Positions 25,201-38,449 of a stretch of DNA of 64,000 nt are shown here, piece by piece. Every line of letters begins with the position of its first letter. Positions within the stretch are counted from its first letter, which is position 1. This DNA comes from Psilocybe cubensis. Its lineage: Eukaryota. The stretch covers positions 1,364,001-1,428,000 of the forward strand of contig CM038998.1 in NCBI GenBank assembly GCA_017499595.2, given 5' to 3'. Made by a program: the position numbers and the translations under genes. Under the pieces are notes generated by a model. The model made no database searches and was not told the DNA's origin. It saw nothing but the letters and a program-made list of their open reading frames with translations.

Positions 25201-26058
25201 AAACTTTACAGGCTCATCAGGACTAACAAGACCCTCCAAGAAATTGGTGTCGCCCTTCTCGCTACTTATGGATTGTACTTCATTAGCTCCTTCATGCACT
25301 TTGAACCCTGGCACATGTTCACAAGTTTCACCCAATACATGTTCCTCCTCCCTTCGTATGTCAACATTCTCATGATGTACGCCATGTGCAATCTGCACGA
25401 TGTCACTTGGGGTACAAAGGGAGACAACGGAGCGGCAAAAGATTTGGGTGGTGCTAAAAAAGTTAAGGGCGACGATGGCAAGGAACTGATGGAGGTGGAG
25501 CTGCCAACTGCGCGAGAAGACGTTGATCAGCTCTGGGCCGCTTCAAGAAATGCCCTCAAGAACAAGCCCCCTGAGGAGAAGGAACATCGCGACGCTGCCA
25601 CGAAGCAGACTGACCACGACAGGAATAGTCGAACTAATGTTGTCCTGGCATGGGTTGGATCCAACATGTATGTACCTTTCATTCAACCTTCATTTTCCCA
25701 TTACGCAACGTGCACGCGGAAAATTGTATCTATACCTTAATCTCCTACTGATACTGATGCAATCTGTCTACCCTCTTTCTTTTCTTGCATTAGGCTCATG
25801 ATCATCGTCTTCACATCAACCACTTTCACGGATTGGGTGGCCACGCATGTGAACAAATCCGGCGAGACTGCGTTTAACCCTTACCTGACCTTCCTCTTCT
25901 ATGCCTTGTAAGTTTTTCCTTTCACCTCGCTCTCTGGGCTTCTTGACCTCTAGCCTGGAACTGAAACAATGCTCTCTCCCTCATCTAGTGCTGGTCTATC
26001 AGCGGTACGGTTCACAGGTTCATTTTTGTACCTGGTCCTGCGACTAGTTGGTCTTTAA
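22257..26058 (+). CDS. chs: Chitin synthase (division 1, GT2), many introns
   Basis: [107 protein letters not shown]. Stop at 26058. Confidence 0.96.
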
Positions 26059-26806
26059 TGTCCACCAACCGACCACGTAATAACCCACTATCCTATACGC
26101 TTCGCACTTGCTATATGCCTGTTATTGCTGCTTGCTGTGATAAACCCCCCTACGGACCGTCATTTCGAGAACCCTAAATTTGTATTGCTACCCGATACCC
26201 CTTCCCATGTTCCCATGGACCCTCCTCCTCTTTTCCCTGCACCCCTGTAAATTGATTTTCTAGGGGTTTCGACAATGGTATCTGCAAACCTTTTCCTGCA
26301 CGTATCATCCTTTATCTTCTCATTTTTCGACGACGTGGAACGGAATTTCTTCTTGTTTGTCATTTTATAATGCTTCGAACGAATATATAACCTGCTTACG
26401 ACCCCTCGGCCTTGTTGACTACTTTAATAGTATTTTTGAATCTGATTGCGTCGAATACTACAGTTGAAGATAATAAGACCCGGGTGAAATTACTTTAAGA
26501 GTGGTCTAAAGAAATATATAATCGTAAGGCCAAAGTTCTTTTTAATAAAACGAGCAACCTGCGAGATAGCAAATCGAAGCATTATGTGTTTTAATAAATT
26601 ACAGTGAGATGAAATCGAGGGAGAATATGTAAATACGAAAGTATAAAAGGGTATGCTGGGGGCGATGCTGCATGCGATGCGTAATCAAGCTACTTAAAAT
26701 GCGTAATAATGCGATAAAAGAGGATGGAAATGAAACACAGATAAACCATAAAAGTGAGTTGCGTAAAAAAGAAAAAAAATGAACAAAGCTATGTGGGTCT
26801 AGCGAT

Positions 26807-29800
26807 CTAACGATCAATGGTGTTGTACGGATAACTCAACGTGCCGCCAGCCTTGGGCGACACAAACTCGAACTGGGATGCATCAAAGCTCGGCCGCGAG
26901 CCCTGCGAATCGCGCGAGCGCGAGGACGCCATCGACCGTGCGTCAAGCGACGACGCCTGGCTCAGCAGCGACGCCTGCCGCTTCGGCGGCGAGTACGACC
27001 CGGACGCCGCGTCCTCCGTCGACGACGTCGTCAGCCGCGAGCGCTGCGACGCGCGGTGGTCCGCAAACTGCGTTGGAACTTGTGGGCTTGGCGGCGGTAG
27101 CAGGTCAGGTGACGTCACCGACGCGCGAGCGGACGCGGCACCGCTGCTGCTGCTGCTACTGCTTCCACCGAGGTTAGCCGCGCTAGGCCGCCGCCCGCGC
27201 GCGCTCGCGGACCGCGGCTGCAGCTCGACGGGCGTAGGCGGCGCGGACCCCGCTGTCGTGCTCGCTGCAGCAGACTTCCACCGCAGAATCGACTTGCGTG
27301 CGAGGTTCTGCTGTTCCTGGTCGGACGACACTATGGTATGCCCGGGCAGTGGTGGCGGCGAGGTGGGGATAGGGGACTGGCGCATAGATTGCGATTGCGG
27401 CTGGGGTGAGCGGCGCGCGGGCATAGGGTAAGGCGATTCCTGGTCAAAGTGCAGACGATCGAGCCCCGATGTGGCTGCTTTACCGGCTTTCATATGCGGG
27501 GTGATTATAGGCCCCGGGTTAGGGTTCCTCCCGGGATAAGAGGGGACAGAGAGTTGGTGAAAATGTTGCTGCTGCTGTGGGTGTGGGTACTGCTGAAACG
27601 GCTGCTGCTGTTGAAATTGTTGTTGCTGAAACTGTTGCTGTTGCTGCTGCTGTTGAAATTGCTGTTGTTGAAACTGCTGTTGCTGTTGCTGCTGAAACTG
27701 CTGCTGTTCCAAAGAAGGTCTATGTCCATCCAACGACGGCCTCCCCACCGACCCCGACAATGAAGGCTGGGGCGACAGCCGCCCGCCACCAGCGCCCACC
27801 CCCGCGCCATTCATCGGCATCTGCGCCTGCGCCTGCGGCACCGTCATCGACGCCATCGACTGGGCAGACGCCCGCCCGCTCGCAGGGTACGCCGCGTGCA
27901 CATGTGCCGAGGCCGGTATATCCGGCACATCCGGCAAATCGAGTTGTTCCTCCGACGGGCGGGTAGGGCGCTGCGGCGGGACAAGAGGCGAGGTGCGCCC
28001 GGAGGCGGCAGCCTTCTGTGCCATCGACATCGACGCGGACGTTGGTGTCGGAGGCGGCATCGAGACCGAGCTCTGTCCCCGCACATGCGTCTGATTTTGA
28101 TTTTGCATTTTGGTTTGGATAGGAGGCAGCGCGGGGACCGGCACGGTATTGCTCGCGCTCGACCCGCCCTGCGACTTGTTGTTGCTCTTCCTCCAGAGTT
28201 TCTTGATGCTCTTGACTGACATCAGTGTCGCCCTGTTCTGGTTTTTCGCCGGGGCGAGGCTCCCACTCGACGCGGTAGCGAGTGACGATGAAGAGCCCGA
28301 GGCGAGGGACGCAGCGACCTCGTCGCCCTTGAGCGAGTCAGCAGAGAACCGGCTCGTGGTGGTGTTCGAGCGCTCTCTCCCTTGCACTTGTCCTTGCCCC
28401 TGCATTGACATAGGCATCGGCTGCTGTTGCTGCTGCGCCAAAAACGGCGAGTGCAGATGCTGCTGGTGGGCGCCAAACGCATCAGGCGACAGCCCACCAC
28501 CTTTTCCTATCGTCATCGTATCCCACTGAGCGCCTGTCATAACAATTGGTTCTGGCGAAGAAGGAGACGGCGATGGTCCGTGACGCCCAAAGGGGTCAGG
28601 CGAGAGCGGTATCACTGGTGACTCTGCGCCCGTCCCGCTGCTGTTAATGGTGATCGTGTTATTGTTGCTATTCGGCGGAGGAGGTACAGAGGAGGATCCA
28701 GGGTACAGCGCCTGCTCGTTATCCTCTAGCTTCTTCCGGCGCTCGCTTTCAGAAAGACCGCTGCCTGTGGGTGCGCGACTGGGCATGTACGAGCGGGGCG
28801 CAGAGGTCGTGACGCCGTTGACCGCGAGACGCGGTGGAGACGGGGGCGCGTCTGCGTTGCTGGAAGAGGACGCCTCGCGGTCTTTGATCGCCGAGAAGGG
28901 AACTGCGGGCCATGACCTGAACGAGTACAATAAACGGTAAAAAAAAAGTTTGTTAGACCTTGTGTAAACAATACAAGGCAAGGAAGGAGAAGGCAGACGG
29001 AAATGAAGCAAATAAAAGTGAAAGACGTACATAGGACCATCAGCCGGATCAGGCTCAGGATGCCGCGGAAGGCGCGGCGAGCCCGTCAGCGTCGTCGAAG
29101 GCAAGAGATCTGAATTGCGTCCCGGCGAGAGCGATACAGTTTTCGCGCCCATGGAGCGCGGCGAGAGGCCCGTGGCTGAACTACCGAAACTCATGTTGTG
29201 TGGCTCGTCCTCGAGGCTGAGGTTGAGAATTCGTGGGGAGAGTTGGGCCATTGTCTGCAAGAATGCGGGGTAAGTGGATGGTTACGACCAGAAAAGACTG
29301 GAAGCACACCTTTTCGAGATCGTCGAGCTGAGCGCGCATGAGATATTGGCTCCTCCGTCGGTCATGAGGGTCGTCTTCGTCAAACTGTAACATAGAACAT
29401 GAAAATATGAATAAAAATAATCACTGCATGTACTCACGTCCTCAGTAGGATCCAGTCCAAGGTCAAAGTCCAAATCGTCAAACACGGCGCCTGCGCGCTT
29501 TTCCAGCGACTCTGTCGGGCTACGCACGCGCGTCACATACACCTCCTCTGCCTTCTCCTTCTCCTCCGTTGACCCCTGACTCTGAGGGGACACATCCCCC
29601 TCTCGCAGATACGCAAGGCCCGCAGAACCAGGCGAACCCACTGCACTCGAGCCGCTGTCCTCCTTGGTAGCAGAGACAAGGGCAGAAACGACCGACTTGT
29701 CTTTCCCTTTCAGTACAAGCGGCGGGGGGATCTTGCGTGGGGTCGCACCCATATCTGGCGAATGCGGCTTTTCAGGCGACGGTAGCGACATTGCGAGTTT

Positions 29801-31333
29801 GGGGTTGCCCATCATATCCAACATCTCAAATACCTCGTCTTCTTCTTTCGTCGATTTCGTCTCGTCGTCGTTGTCATCGTGGTGGTCGTTTTGGTCATGA
29901 GAGTCGTCTTCGAGTTCCTGTGCGGTCAGCGCGAGAGGAACAATGTTAGGGTTGGAGAGGTGTTTGGATTTCGGTCGTTCAGCGTGAATCTCGGCCCAGG
30001 TATCTGCATCGTTCCCGAACACGTCGCTCAGCGGATCGGCGTCGGGGGGTGGTGGAGGCATAACGCGCGCCGTATTTTCTTCTGCAAATTCGTCGTCGTC
30101 GTCGCTGTCATCGTCTGAGAGACGTGCATATCCGTTTTCGGCTGCTACCTCCTCCTCCTCCTCTGGCTCGATGGGCACAGTGACAGGAGCTGAGGCGAGT
30201 CCGAATGGATCCTTCGTGTCCTTTTTGCCCATCAAGAGCTCAATCGGCGCGGCCCTGGTTCCCTCCTCCTCTGCGTCCCCGCTCTCACTACCCTCTCTCT
30301 GCTCCGCCTTGCCCTTCTTTTCCTTCTCGACACGGGCGCGCTTTGCCTGGTTTGCGCGACGGCTGCGCAGCCATGGCTCGTACCAGGCGGCCTTGCGCTT
30401 ATCAATGTCGAATTCGACTTTGGCGAGGATGGGGATAAGCGAGGGGGATGTGAGGCCGGGTAGTGGTAGCCCGCTCGCGTCATCTACGACAGATGTGTCT
30501 GGGGTAGACGCCTCCTCTGCCTCGGAGTGGGAATGGGAAGTGGAAGAGGAGGGAGGGGCAGATTTGTTGTGGGCTGCGCGTATGTCAGAGAGAGAGGAAG
30601 GGGAGGAGGAATAGGAGGCCTGGGGTGAGTATGGGGGAAAGTCAGTGGGAGCGGTGCTAGAGATGGAGAGCAGGGGACGCAGGGGGCCTGTTGCAGGTGC
30701 ATTTTCCTGGGGGAGGAAGGGGGTTGAGCGAGCGGCTGGGGCAAGAGCAAAGGGGGTGCGCGGGGTAGCTGGAGTGACGCTGCGTGAAGAGAGGGGACTG
30801 AGGGATGGACTGAGGACATCGTCGCGCTGCTCAGCACGGAGGACGCGGGTCCAGAGATGGCGCCAGATGTCCTCGGACAGACGGGGGCCAGGCTCGTCGG
30901 CAGCCTCCTGGGACTGGGTGACGAGGTAGAGGACAAGGCCGGCGGGGGACGGGAGCGCGTACTCCTTTGCGATGGCGCCGAGCTGGGCATGGAGGGTGGG
31001 GTGGACAGGGACGAGGGTGCCGCGGCGCAGATGGGGGTCGGCGGCCCTGTGGGGGAGATGGGCGGGGGGCACGACATGGAGGAGGAACTTGGAGGTGGGG
31101 GGCTGGAGGGCGGCAAAGGAGCGGGCAGAGGCGGCGGTGGAGGGCGTAGGGGAGAGGCGGGAATGGGGGTCGAGGACAGGACTGGGGAGGGGGTCGTGGG
31201 CGGGGCGGGGCGGGGCGGCGGGGATGGGGGTGGCGACGCCGAGGGCATTAGCGAGCTTGGCCAGGCGGTGGGGCGGGAGAGGCGACTTTGGAGGGCGCCA
31301 TGTCGGGGAGAGGGAGTCGGTGGGCATGGCCAT
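26807..31333 (-). CDS. Large, mostly disordered Pro/Ser/Gln-rich hypothetical protein (multi-exon)
   Basis: Start MAMPTDSLSPTWRPPKSPLPPHRLAKLANALG. Ordered-looking blocks: KFLLHVVPP..RRGTLVPVHPTLHAQLGAIAKEYALPS..GPRLSEDIWRHLW and PILAKVEFDIDKRKAAWYEPW. Long ORFs 29282-31633 and 26807-29260 are joined by short introns. Confidence 0.8.
27560..27712 (-). repeat. Coding polyQ microsatellite with periodic Phe (QQQQF)n
   Basis: EQQQFQQQQQQQFQQQQFQQQQQQQQFQQQQFQQQQPFQQYPHPQQQQHF, encoded by mixed CAG/CAA codons. Confidence 0.9.
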
Positions 31334-31449
31334 GTCCAAAGAAGTGGAGGGTGGGAAGGCAGACCGAAAAAGGGGCGGGTGTTGCCCAACTGGTGCAAAC
31401 AAGAGAGCGATAAATTGGGACAAAGAGAAAGGTTGGATTGCATTCTTCC

Positions 31450-32534
31450 ATGGATCCCCACGTCGACGACCCCGCTGCCTCTGTGCCCGTCTATAATTTC
31501 TATCATAGCACAGACCATGACTCGGCCTACGCGATGGGCTATCCTCCCTCTCTCGCCTCCTATGCATCCATCCCCCATCCATCCGCCCGTGGTTTGTTTC
31601 TTTCTTTTCTCTTTCTCTCCTTATTCTGATCACCAGCTCTTCTCTAGCCCAGATCGTTCCGGATATCCATCCAAACTATCTCGCCATGCAGCAGCAGCAA
31701 CAGCAGCAGCATTATCCAGGCAACGTGTTCGCCTCTTCCCCGGCTCTCTCAAACACGCCCCCTCCTCCCTCCCCGGATAACTACGAGGCCCTTTCTCCTC
31801 CTCTTTCCGGATCAGATACCTCCGCCGACGGCCTCTACCACCACTCCAACAGCTCTTCTGCAAACTCCCCCTCTTCCTCTAGGGGCCACAGTCTCGTGCA
31901 TCGTACTACCCCAAACAGGTACAATCCACCTCCTTCTCCTTCAAGTTCAGGCTCTCGCCACCGCCGCGGTCGTTCTCAGGGCGATTCCGACGACGAAGAA
32001 ATGGGTCTCGCCTACAACGCTGTAGAGAATCTCGCCAACACCCGCAAGGAGGCTACTCGTCGTCAGCGTATCGAGGCAGAGCAGCGCAGACGCGACGAGC
32101 TCAGAGATGGTTATGCAAAGCTCAAGGATGCTCTCCCAAGTTCTAACCAAAAGAGCAGCAAGGTCACCCTGCTCGAGCGAGGTCCGTCTTGTTTCTTTCA
32201 TCTAGTCTAACCTAACCTTTTCAATCAAGCTACCAACCATATCCGTGCCTTGGAGGAAGAGAATCAGCAGCTCCAGAAACGCATCGCAGAACTCGAGGCT
32301 GACGCCCAGCGTCTCCGCGCCCTCAATGAAAAGATTTCCTTATCGACCGAAGGCACTCCCTCTCCAGAGCACGCTGCCACTGCCCTCGGCGGCCGGCCCC
32401 TCTCACCCCCTCCCGATGTTCTCCCTGGATCCAACCCCACTGCCGCTGCCCCCGCTCATTCCCTCGTGAGCGTCCGAGGTCAGCACATGAGCTCAGAGCA
32501 CTCCAGCCCCTCTGCTTCTGAAGGAGGGCATTGA
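31450..32534 (+). CDS. bHLH-leucine zipper transcription factor, paralog 1 (3 exons)
   Basis: MDPHVDDPAASV... spliced to AQIVPDIHPNYLAMQQQQ. bHLH-ZIP region: RRQRIEAEQRRRDELRDGYAKLKDALPSSNQKSSKVTLLERA|TNHIRALEEENQQLQKRIAELEADAQRLRALNE. Confidence 0.92.
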
Positions 32535-33929
32535 TCATTCACGATGCGACGTTTTCCAACCCCATCTCATGTTATCCATCCATTCTTGCTTTCTTCTATT
32601 ATCATTGTTTAGATTCACGCTTCTTGCCGTTTCCTGCTCCTCTCTGCCTCTCTCACTTATTTCTCATTTCTGGACGATGCAAAATACGGGACTGGTTCCT
32701 ATCCACTCGAATAATTCCCAGGACTCAAAAACACTCCTTTGGAGGCTAGGTCGATAACAAACGCACAACCAGCTCTGAACCCAACTCCGAATCCGAATCC
32801 GAACTAAACATCCTCCATCCACCTGCTGTGCAGGCGTCGCGTGTCGAAGGACGTTTTTTTCATTCCGTCTAGTTTTGATTTGCTGGTGTATTTGCATGGT
32901 TGCCAAAGCGTCTTGTTGTCCCTTTTCTCCTCCTCCCTACCCCCGTTCCCATTCCCAATTCCGAATCCATCACTGCCTTGTTTTTGTTTTGTTTTGTCCG
33001 CGGTGGAATTACTAGGACGGATGGCTCGATGCTGTCTGTTCCTATTCCGAGTCACATCCATACATACACTACGTGCTGCGCACTATACACAACTCGAGGA
33101 CTACATACACATCACACGACGGAACACGATGCAAACAACACGATGGCATGCCTCGATTGCGAGTGGGAGGAATTTCACCAAGTTTTCTCCAGGGTCACAT
33201 GGTCCATGCGATTGGGAGTTTATGTTGCTTGTTCTGGTTCTGCATGTCAATGTAAATTCTGATTGCTGCAGATAACTTTCCGCGATCAACCAATCGATCG
33301 ATCCAAATACGAATCGCCGGTTTATCGTCGTGTATCGCATCACGTTCGTGTTATATCCGTTCCGACCCCCTCTATCCCTCGTCTTCCAAATTCTCGCGGC
33401 ATCGACTCCAGAAACAGAAGAACCCAAAAATCTCCTCGAAGGAGACCTGATGCAGGTGTTCGCTCTCAAGCTGGACTTGGCACTTGCTCGTGCGAATAAC
33501 GCCATCAGCATCTACCGTCTATGTTATTTTTTCTCCTTTCGCGCCGAGAGTCGAGAGTCGAGGAATAAGACATGGACGTGGACGTGTTTATCGATTTCTT
33601 TTTTCCGTGATTTATTCTTGACCACCAAAACATCTTGAACCGACGCGCTCTGTCCCTGTTTCCCCCCTCCTCTATTCCCCCACCCCCTGCAATCTCGGCA
33701 AGCTTTGTTCTACGCGACGCGACGCGTCGTGTAAGCGTGAGCGAGCTGTGTCGGATGGAATACATACGCGAACACGGACTCTCGAACACGATCGATGGAC
33801 CGGCCTTTTTACTTTCCCCACTTGCCTTATTTAGTCATTGGTTCTCGCTTCTAGCAAGCGGGCGCGCTGGCGCGAGGCATGATGGGGCGGGCAGTGGAGG
33901 CTTGCGTCTCGGTTGTTGTTTTGCTTTGT

Positions 33930-34450
33930 GTTTGTGTTTGTGTTCCTCTCTCTCCTTCTCTTCTCCCTCTCCTCCTTCACTCCCCCTCCTACTTCCGTTC
34001 GGGGACACCGCGTCCTTACTCAAGATTTCTTCCGTGTTGTATCTTTTCTCATATCTTTACCTCGTTTTTTTATGTCTTTTTTCTCCTTTTTTTGGATCAT
34101 CTCGTTGTTTCATAACCCGGTTTTATCTGTTTTCTGCCTTGAATGCTTTGGCTTTTGTTTGCTTGTTTTTTTTTCTTTTTGCGACGACCTCTGACGAACT
34201 ACATATATCCATCCATCCACATACACACATCTGACGACGCACACACACAGTCCCATACACGCCCACATCGTACATACATACATACATGCATGCATACACT
34301 ACTTGCTCGCTCGCATTTTTTTCTTCACTCTTTTTTTGCTGCTCTTTTTTGATGATGTTGTCACATATACACACACGCCCGCACTCATACCACACACCCA
34401 CCACATCACCCACATCTTACCGCACCATACCCCACCCACATCACACCTGC
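33930..34450. repeat. Low-complexity / microsatellite-rich tract (CT, poly-T, CA, CATA)
   Basis: Runs such as tctctctcc, tttttttt, acacacaca and catacatacatacat. No coherent coding signal. Confidence 0.7.
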
Positions 34451-36177
34451 ATGTTTACGCCAGCCGTCCAACCCCCAGGTTTCTTTTTAACGAGTTACGA
34501 GATACGAGATAGTACGACCAATTTATGATTTGACGAACCACACCCCTACCACCCAATGACCCTGTTTTCAAGATTGTTTCAGCTCTATCCTTCAACGCAC
34601 CCAGGATCATCAAGTCGCGCAACAATTTTCAAATTCATGAAGCGTGAAGTATGATCATGATTAATTGGAACGGTGTGATTTTTTTGCCTTCTCTTTATTT
34701 CTCTCTTCAATCAGTTTCACCGTTCACACGTTCCTCCGATGGCTGAAAAATGTGTTTTTTCTTTATTTCTTTCTTTTGTTTTCTTTGGCATTTTGGTTTC
34801 TTTGGGCTGGAATCTCGCAATGGGGATATCCATTTGGTATGGATGTTTTACGCTAAAACCTTTTTTACAACGATGCCGCAGATGTGAACATATCGGGAGG
34901 GTGTTCTGTTCTTCTTTTCAAGTTATGATTGAAGTGATCCTTGGATATTGCCTATCTTGTCGTTCTTCCTCCTTCCTCCTTTTAATGAGCTAACGGATTG
35001 GAAGATGGAGATTGTCATTGACCATTTAAAACGTTATACTCTTTTTTGTTTTTTTATTTTGAGATCTGATTCGAGATCTGGGAATGTTTAGATATTATTA
35101 ATCGGATACATTTACGTGAATACGTGGATGGTGGAGTATAGGCAGTCTCGGTACGTCCAGTGCTCCTTCCTCTTCTTTTTTTTCTTCTTCTCTCAACGCG
35201 CTGGATGTATGCTAACTTCTGAGGAATTTTTCCATTATGCTACTAGGTCACCATTTACTGGTTTATTGCAGCTTACAGCTCTCAAGTTGCTGCGCTGTAC
35301 ATGCCGGAAATAGGAATCGCAATCTGTCCTATATCGTCCTTCTCTCGTGAACTGCCATAAATTGCTACATAGGCGCCGAGAAGAAGGAAGGAAGGAGAAG
35401 AAGAAGAAGAAGAAACGAGGGACGGGACGTCAACTGTCAGACTCAGAGTCATCATCTATCATCACATCAAGTCGATCGAGCCCGTGGCTCTCTTGCCACG
35501 GTTTCTCGTCCTCTGCGTTCTCTCACCAAGCTGGGGAAATGTAGGAAGGAAAGGGAAAGAGATAATACTCTCAGGGAGAATGGTTTCTAGATACGGTTGC
35601 GCTGCTCTCTTCCAGGACTCAGTTCGATGAGTGCATGATCATGAATTTATGACTCGCCCACCGGTGATTGGGAGATGCAATGGAAGTATCTGGGCGGTTG
35701 AGAATCCCTCTTGGTCCCGTGCCAACGATCGTACGAGTCAAGAGCACATTTCTCCGTACGTTAGGCGCCAACTTGCAGTACGTGCGCTAAACAATTGAGC
35801 TCTTGAAAGCCGTGGCGGTCCGTTTCTACTGCTATAATCTCGCGATCATCCTCTCGTCCTTCGATGATGCAAAGCGGAAAACTCGGGACTCCATAATGTC
35901 CTGCACCCAACCAGCCACCAAGTCGTGTTGCGGGGGAGATCTGGTATTTCGAGATGGGCCCAATGATCATCGCTCCCAGCCTGGCATTTGGTCCTTTCGT
36001 CTGAGCCTTGCTAGTAGGCTGATACAGATGCTCTTGAAACTCAAAATTTATCGAGTTCCAACTACCAATCTCACATGTGGCACATCCGGGTATTTGATTT
36101 TGTCCTCGAAAAACATACCTTACACCACCCTTGTGTCAGAACTTGCAACTGCTTCTGTGATGGCAGCGTGATGATGG

Positions 36178-37238
36178 ATGGATGCCAATCTCTCGGAATT
36201 TTTGGATGAAGACGCGCCTGGGTGGTACCCTTGCACCCTAGTGCCCTGGTGTGAAGGCACGTTTGTCGTCGAGCCGCCTATCGGTGCTCTTTCCTTTTCT
36301 TTCTCCAGCTGCTAATTTGTTGGTCGGACTTGAGCGTTGAATTTTTTCTCTTCTCTAGCTGCGACATTTTTTTCTGGTGTGACCAATGCTCCCCTGAACC
36401 TTCAGGCCTCAAGCTCAAAACGCAGACCCTCCTCTCTCCCTCTCATGTTCTGTCTATCTCGATATTTTCGTACATCGTGCTTACCCACTCCAACACAGAA
36501 GACGGCCCAGAATATGAAATGCCACCCCCTCCCTTCGGCTTCCCCTTCTCTCTCAAGAGAACGATACGTCTTATCGCGGTTTGCGACTCCGACGACCTTC
36601 ACCCATTCATGACGCCAGGATGCCGGGTCACTGTCCCCCGAGTCCCTTGGCTATTTTAAAACACGACAGTACGACCCCCGTCCAAGTTTGCACGACGTCC
36701 ATTGATGAATCATGAGCCCACTGCGAACCTTGCGCTAATTATACGCGCATCATAAACCACCCACTAACTGGGGGAATATGAATATGACATCTGCGTGTGC
36801 GTAATATATAATACGCCCAAATGTATTGCTGGAGCGCATCAGAAAGAAAGTTGAGGCGAGAGCTTTGTGCCCGAGGCTTTGCGCCATTTGGCCCCCCTAT
36901 CTGGCGATCGTCGACTGGAGTCGAAGAGCTCCAGTCTGACTTCCAGGAGTCCGATATCCGACTTTTACCGCAAAATCCTCGCCCCCTCGCGTGTTCTCTT
37001 CGACTGGTTTGAAGCCGCAGATCATGATCATATCTCGGAGCCAGCTCTGTGGTGCCTTTTCGTCCGTGGAAAATGGAAGAGGCTGAATTTGGAGGAGCCT
37101 ATTCACCTATCCAAAACCTATACAAGTTATGTCCACCAGAAAGAAAAAAAACAAAGGGTATGGGTGAATAGGTCATTGTTCGCTCACAAAAGCCTCCATG
37201 CTGGCTGGCCGGAGAGTCGCGACATATATATATCATAG
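36178..37238 (+). pseudogene. Possible lineage-specific gene or gene remnant with a Cys-rich N-terminus
   Basis: One GT-AG splice gives MDANLSEFLDEDAPGWYPCTLVPWCEGT|CDIFFWCDQCSP..., stopping at 36659. A further protein-like ORF lies at 36867-37238. I could not join them into one intact model. Confidence 0.3.
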
Positions 37239-38449
37239 AGGTAATCGATGGCTTGGAAATAACGCGTCCAATGAGAACTGGGTGATCGTACGCCATCATC
37301 CACCCTACACGTGTGGAAAGCATTGTGCTCTGGCCGAGTCTCTTTCGAGTTTGAGGCGTCGCGATTTGTCGAAATACGCCCGTCAATAAGTTCCATTCCA
37401 CCCTCGACATTTCATTATTCTGTTGATTTGAGATTTGAGAGAGAGAGAAGTTTTTACTTACTGACAAGTTTGCTCCAAATAAGAGCCGGGAAACGAATCA
37501 TCGTCTCATTTTTGTGCAACCAACTTTGGGGGTTTTCTATGTAAAAGTTTCCGTGTTTCATAGCCTCAAGTCTGAATGTCGGACGCTGTCTTTAAACACT
37601 TCGGAATCCCCCCTGGCCTATACGCATCCGAGTAATCGTGCTCTCGGAACTTCCTGTTACTATATGACACTAAGTTTTTGGAATTCCGGAATTGGGCCTA
37701 ACAGTACGGTCTACTTGTATCTGCCAAACTATACATTGTATTCAACGCCGCAACAGTTGAAACGCGTGTGTGAGACTTGTCAAAAAAAAACAAAGTCGAC
37801 ATATTAACAGCATGTCCCGCCGCCTCGTTGCAGTGTCCAAGTCTGAGGCCAGCTGCGCGCCTCGTGGACAGCTCCTCCCATGGCGGCCATCACCATCAAG
37901 AGATCCGTTCCTCCAGCTTCCGAGTACAATTTGTGTCCCCTTGAAATTGGGGTTTCTTTCCGAACGGGTTTCCGTTCGAGGGTGTTGGATAGGAATCCCC
38001 TATGACACAGCTAGTATGATTGTTTCGCCTCTAATTGAGTTATGAATGGTCAACTATGCGGACTTTGATTTCAGAGTTTTCCACAGCAATTTAATGGGAT
38101 GGCATACATGAGAATATAGTTTGAAGAATAGATTGTCCCAAGAAGCTAATTAATTTCGGGTCGTCCATGAACCAAAACTATGCATTTTTCTGATTCCTTT
38201 TGTCTCTGCGTAGAAACAAGATAACAAAATGAGTAGTATGTTCTGGATTTGAGAGGTGCCGCCTTCATATGTTATTTATTATCTCCATCCGAATGGTTGG
38301 GCAAAGCGTCACCGAGGAGATTTCCCCCGAAATAAAGCCCAAGAATAAGTGCTCGCCTATCCAATTAAAGCATTTCCCTTTCGCGTTTATCGCATCGCTT
38401 TGTAATAGATGATAGAGAGTCGTCGAGGCTCGATAATTAGAACACATAA

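Noticed and set aside
30484-31780. Long overlapping ORFs (364 aa minus, 307 aa plus)
   Set aside because: Stop-poor alternative frames of a very GC-rich, Pro-rich coding region.
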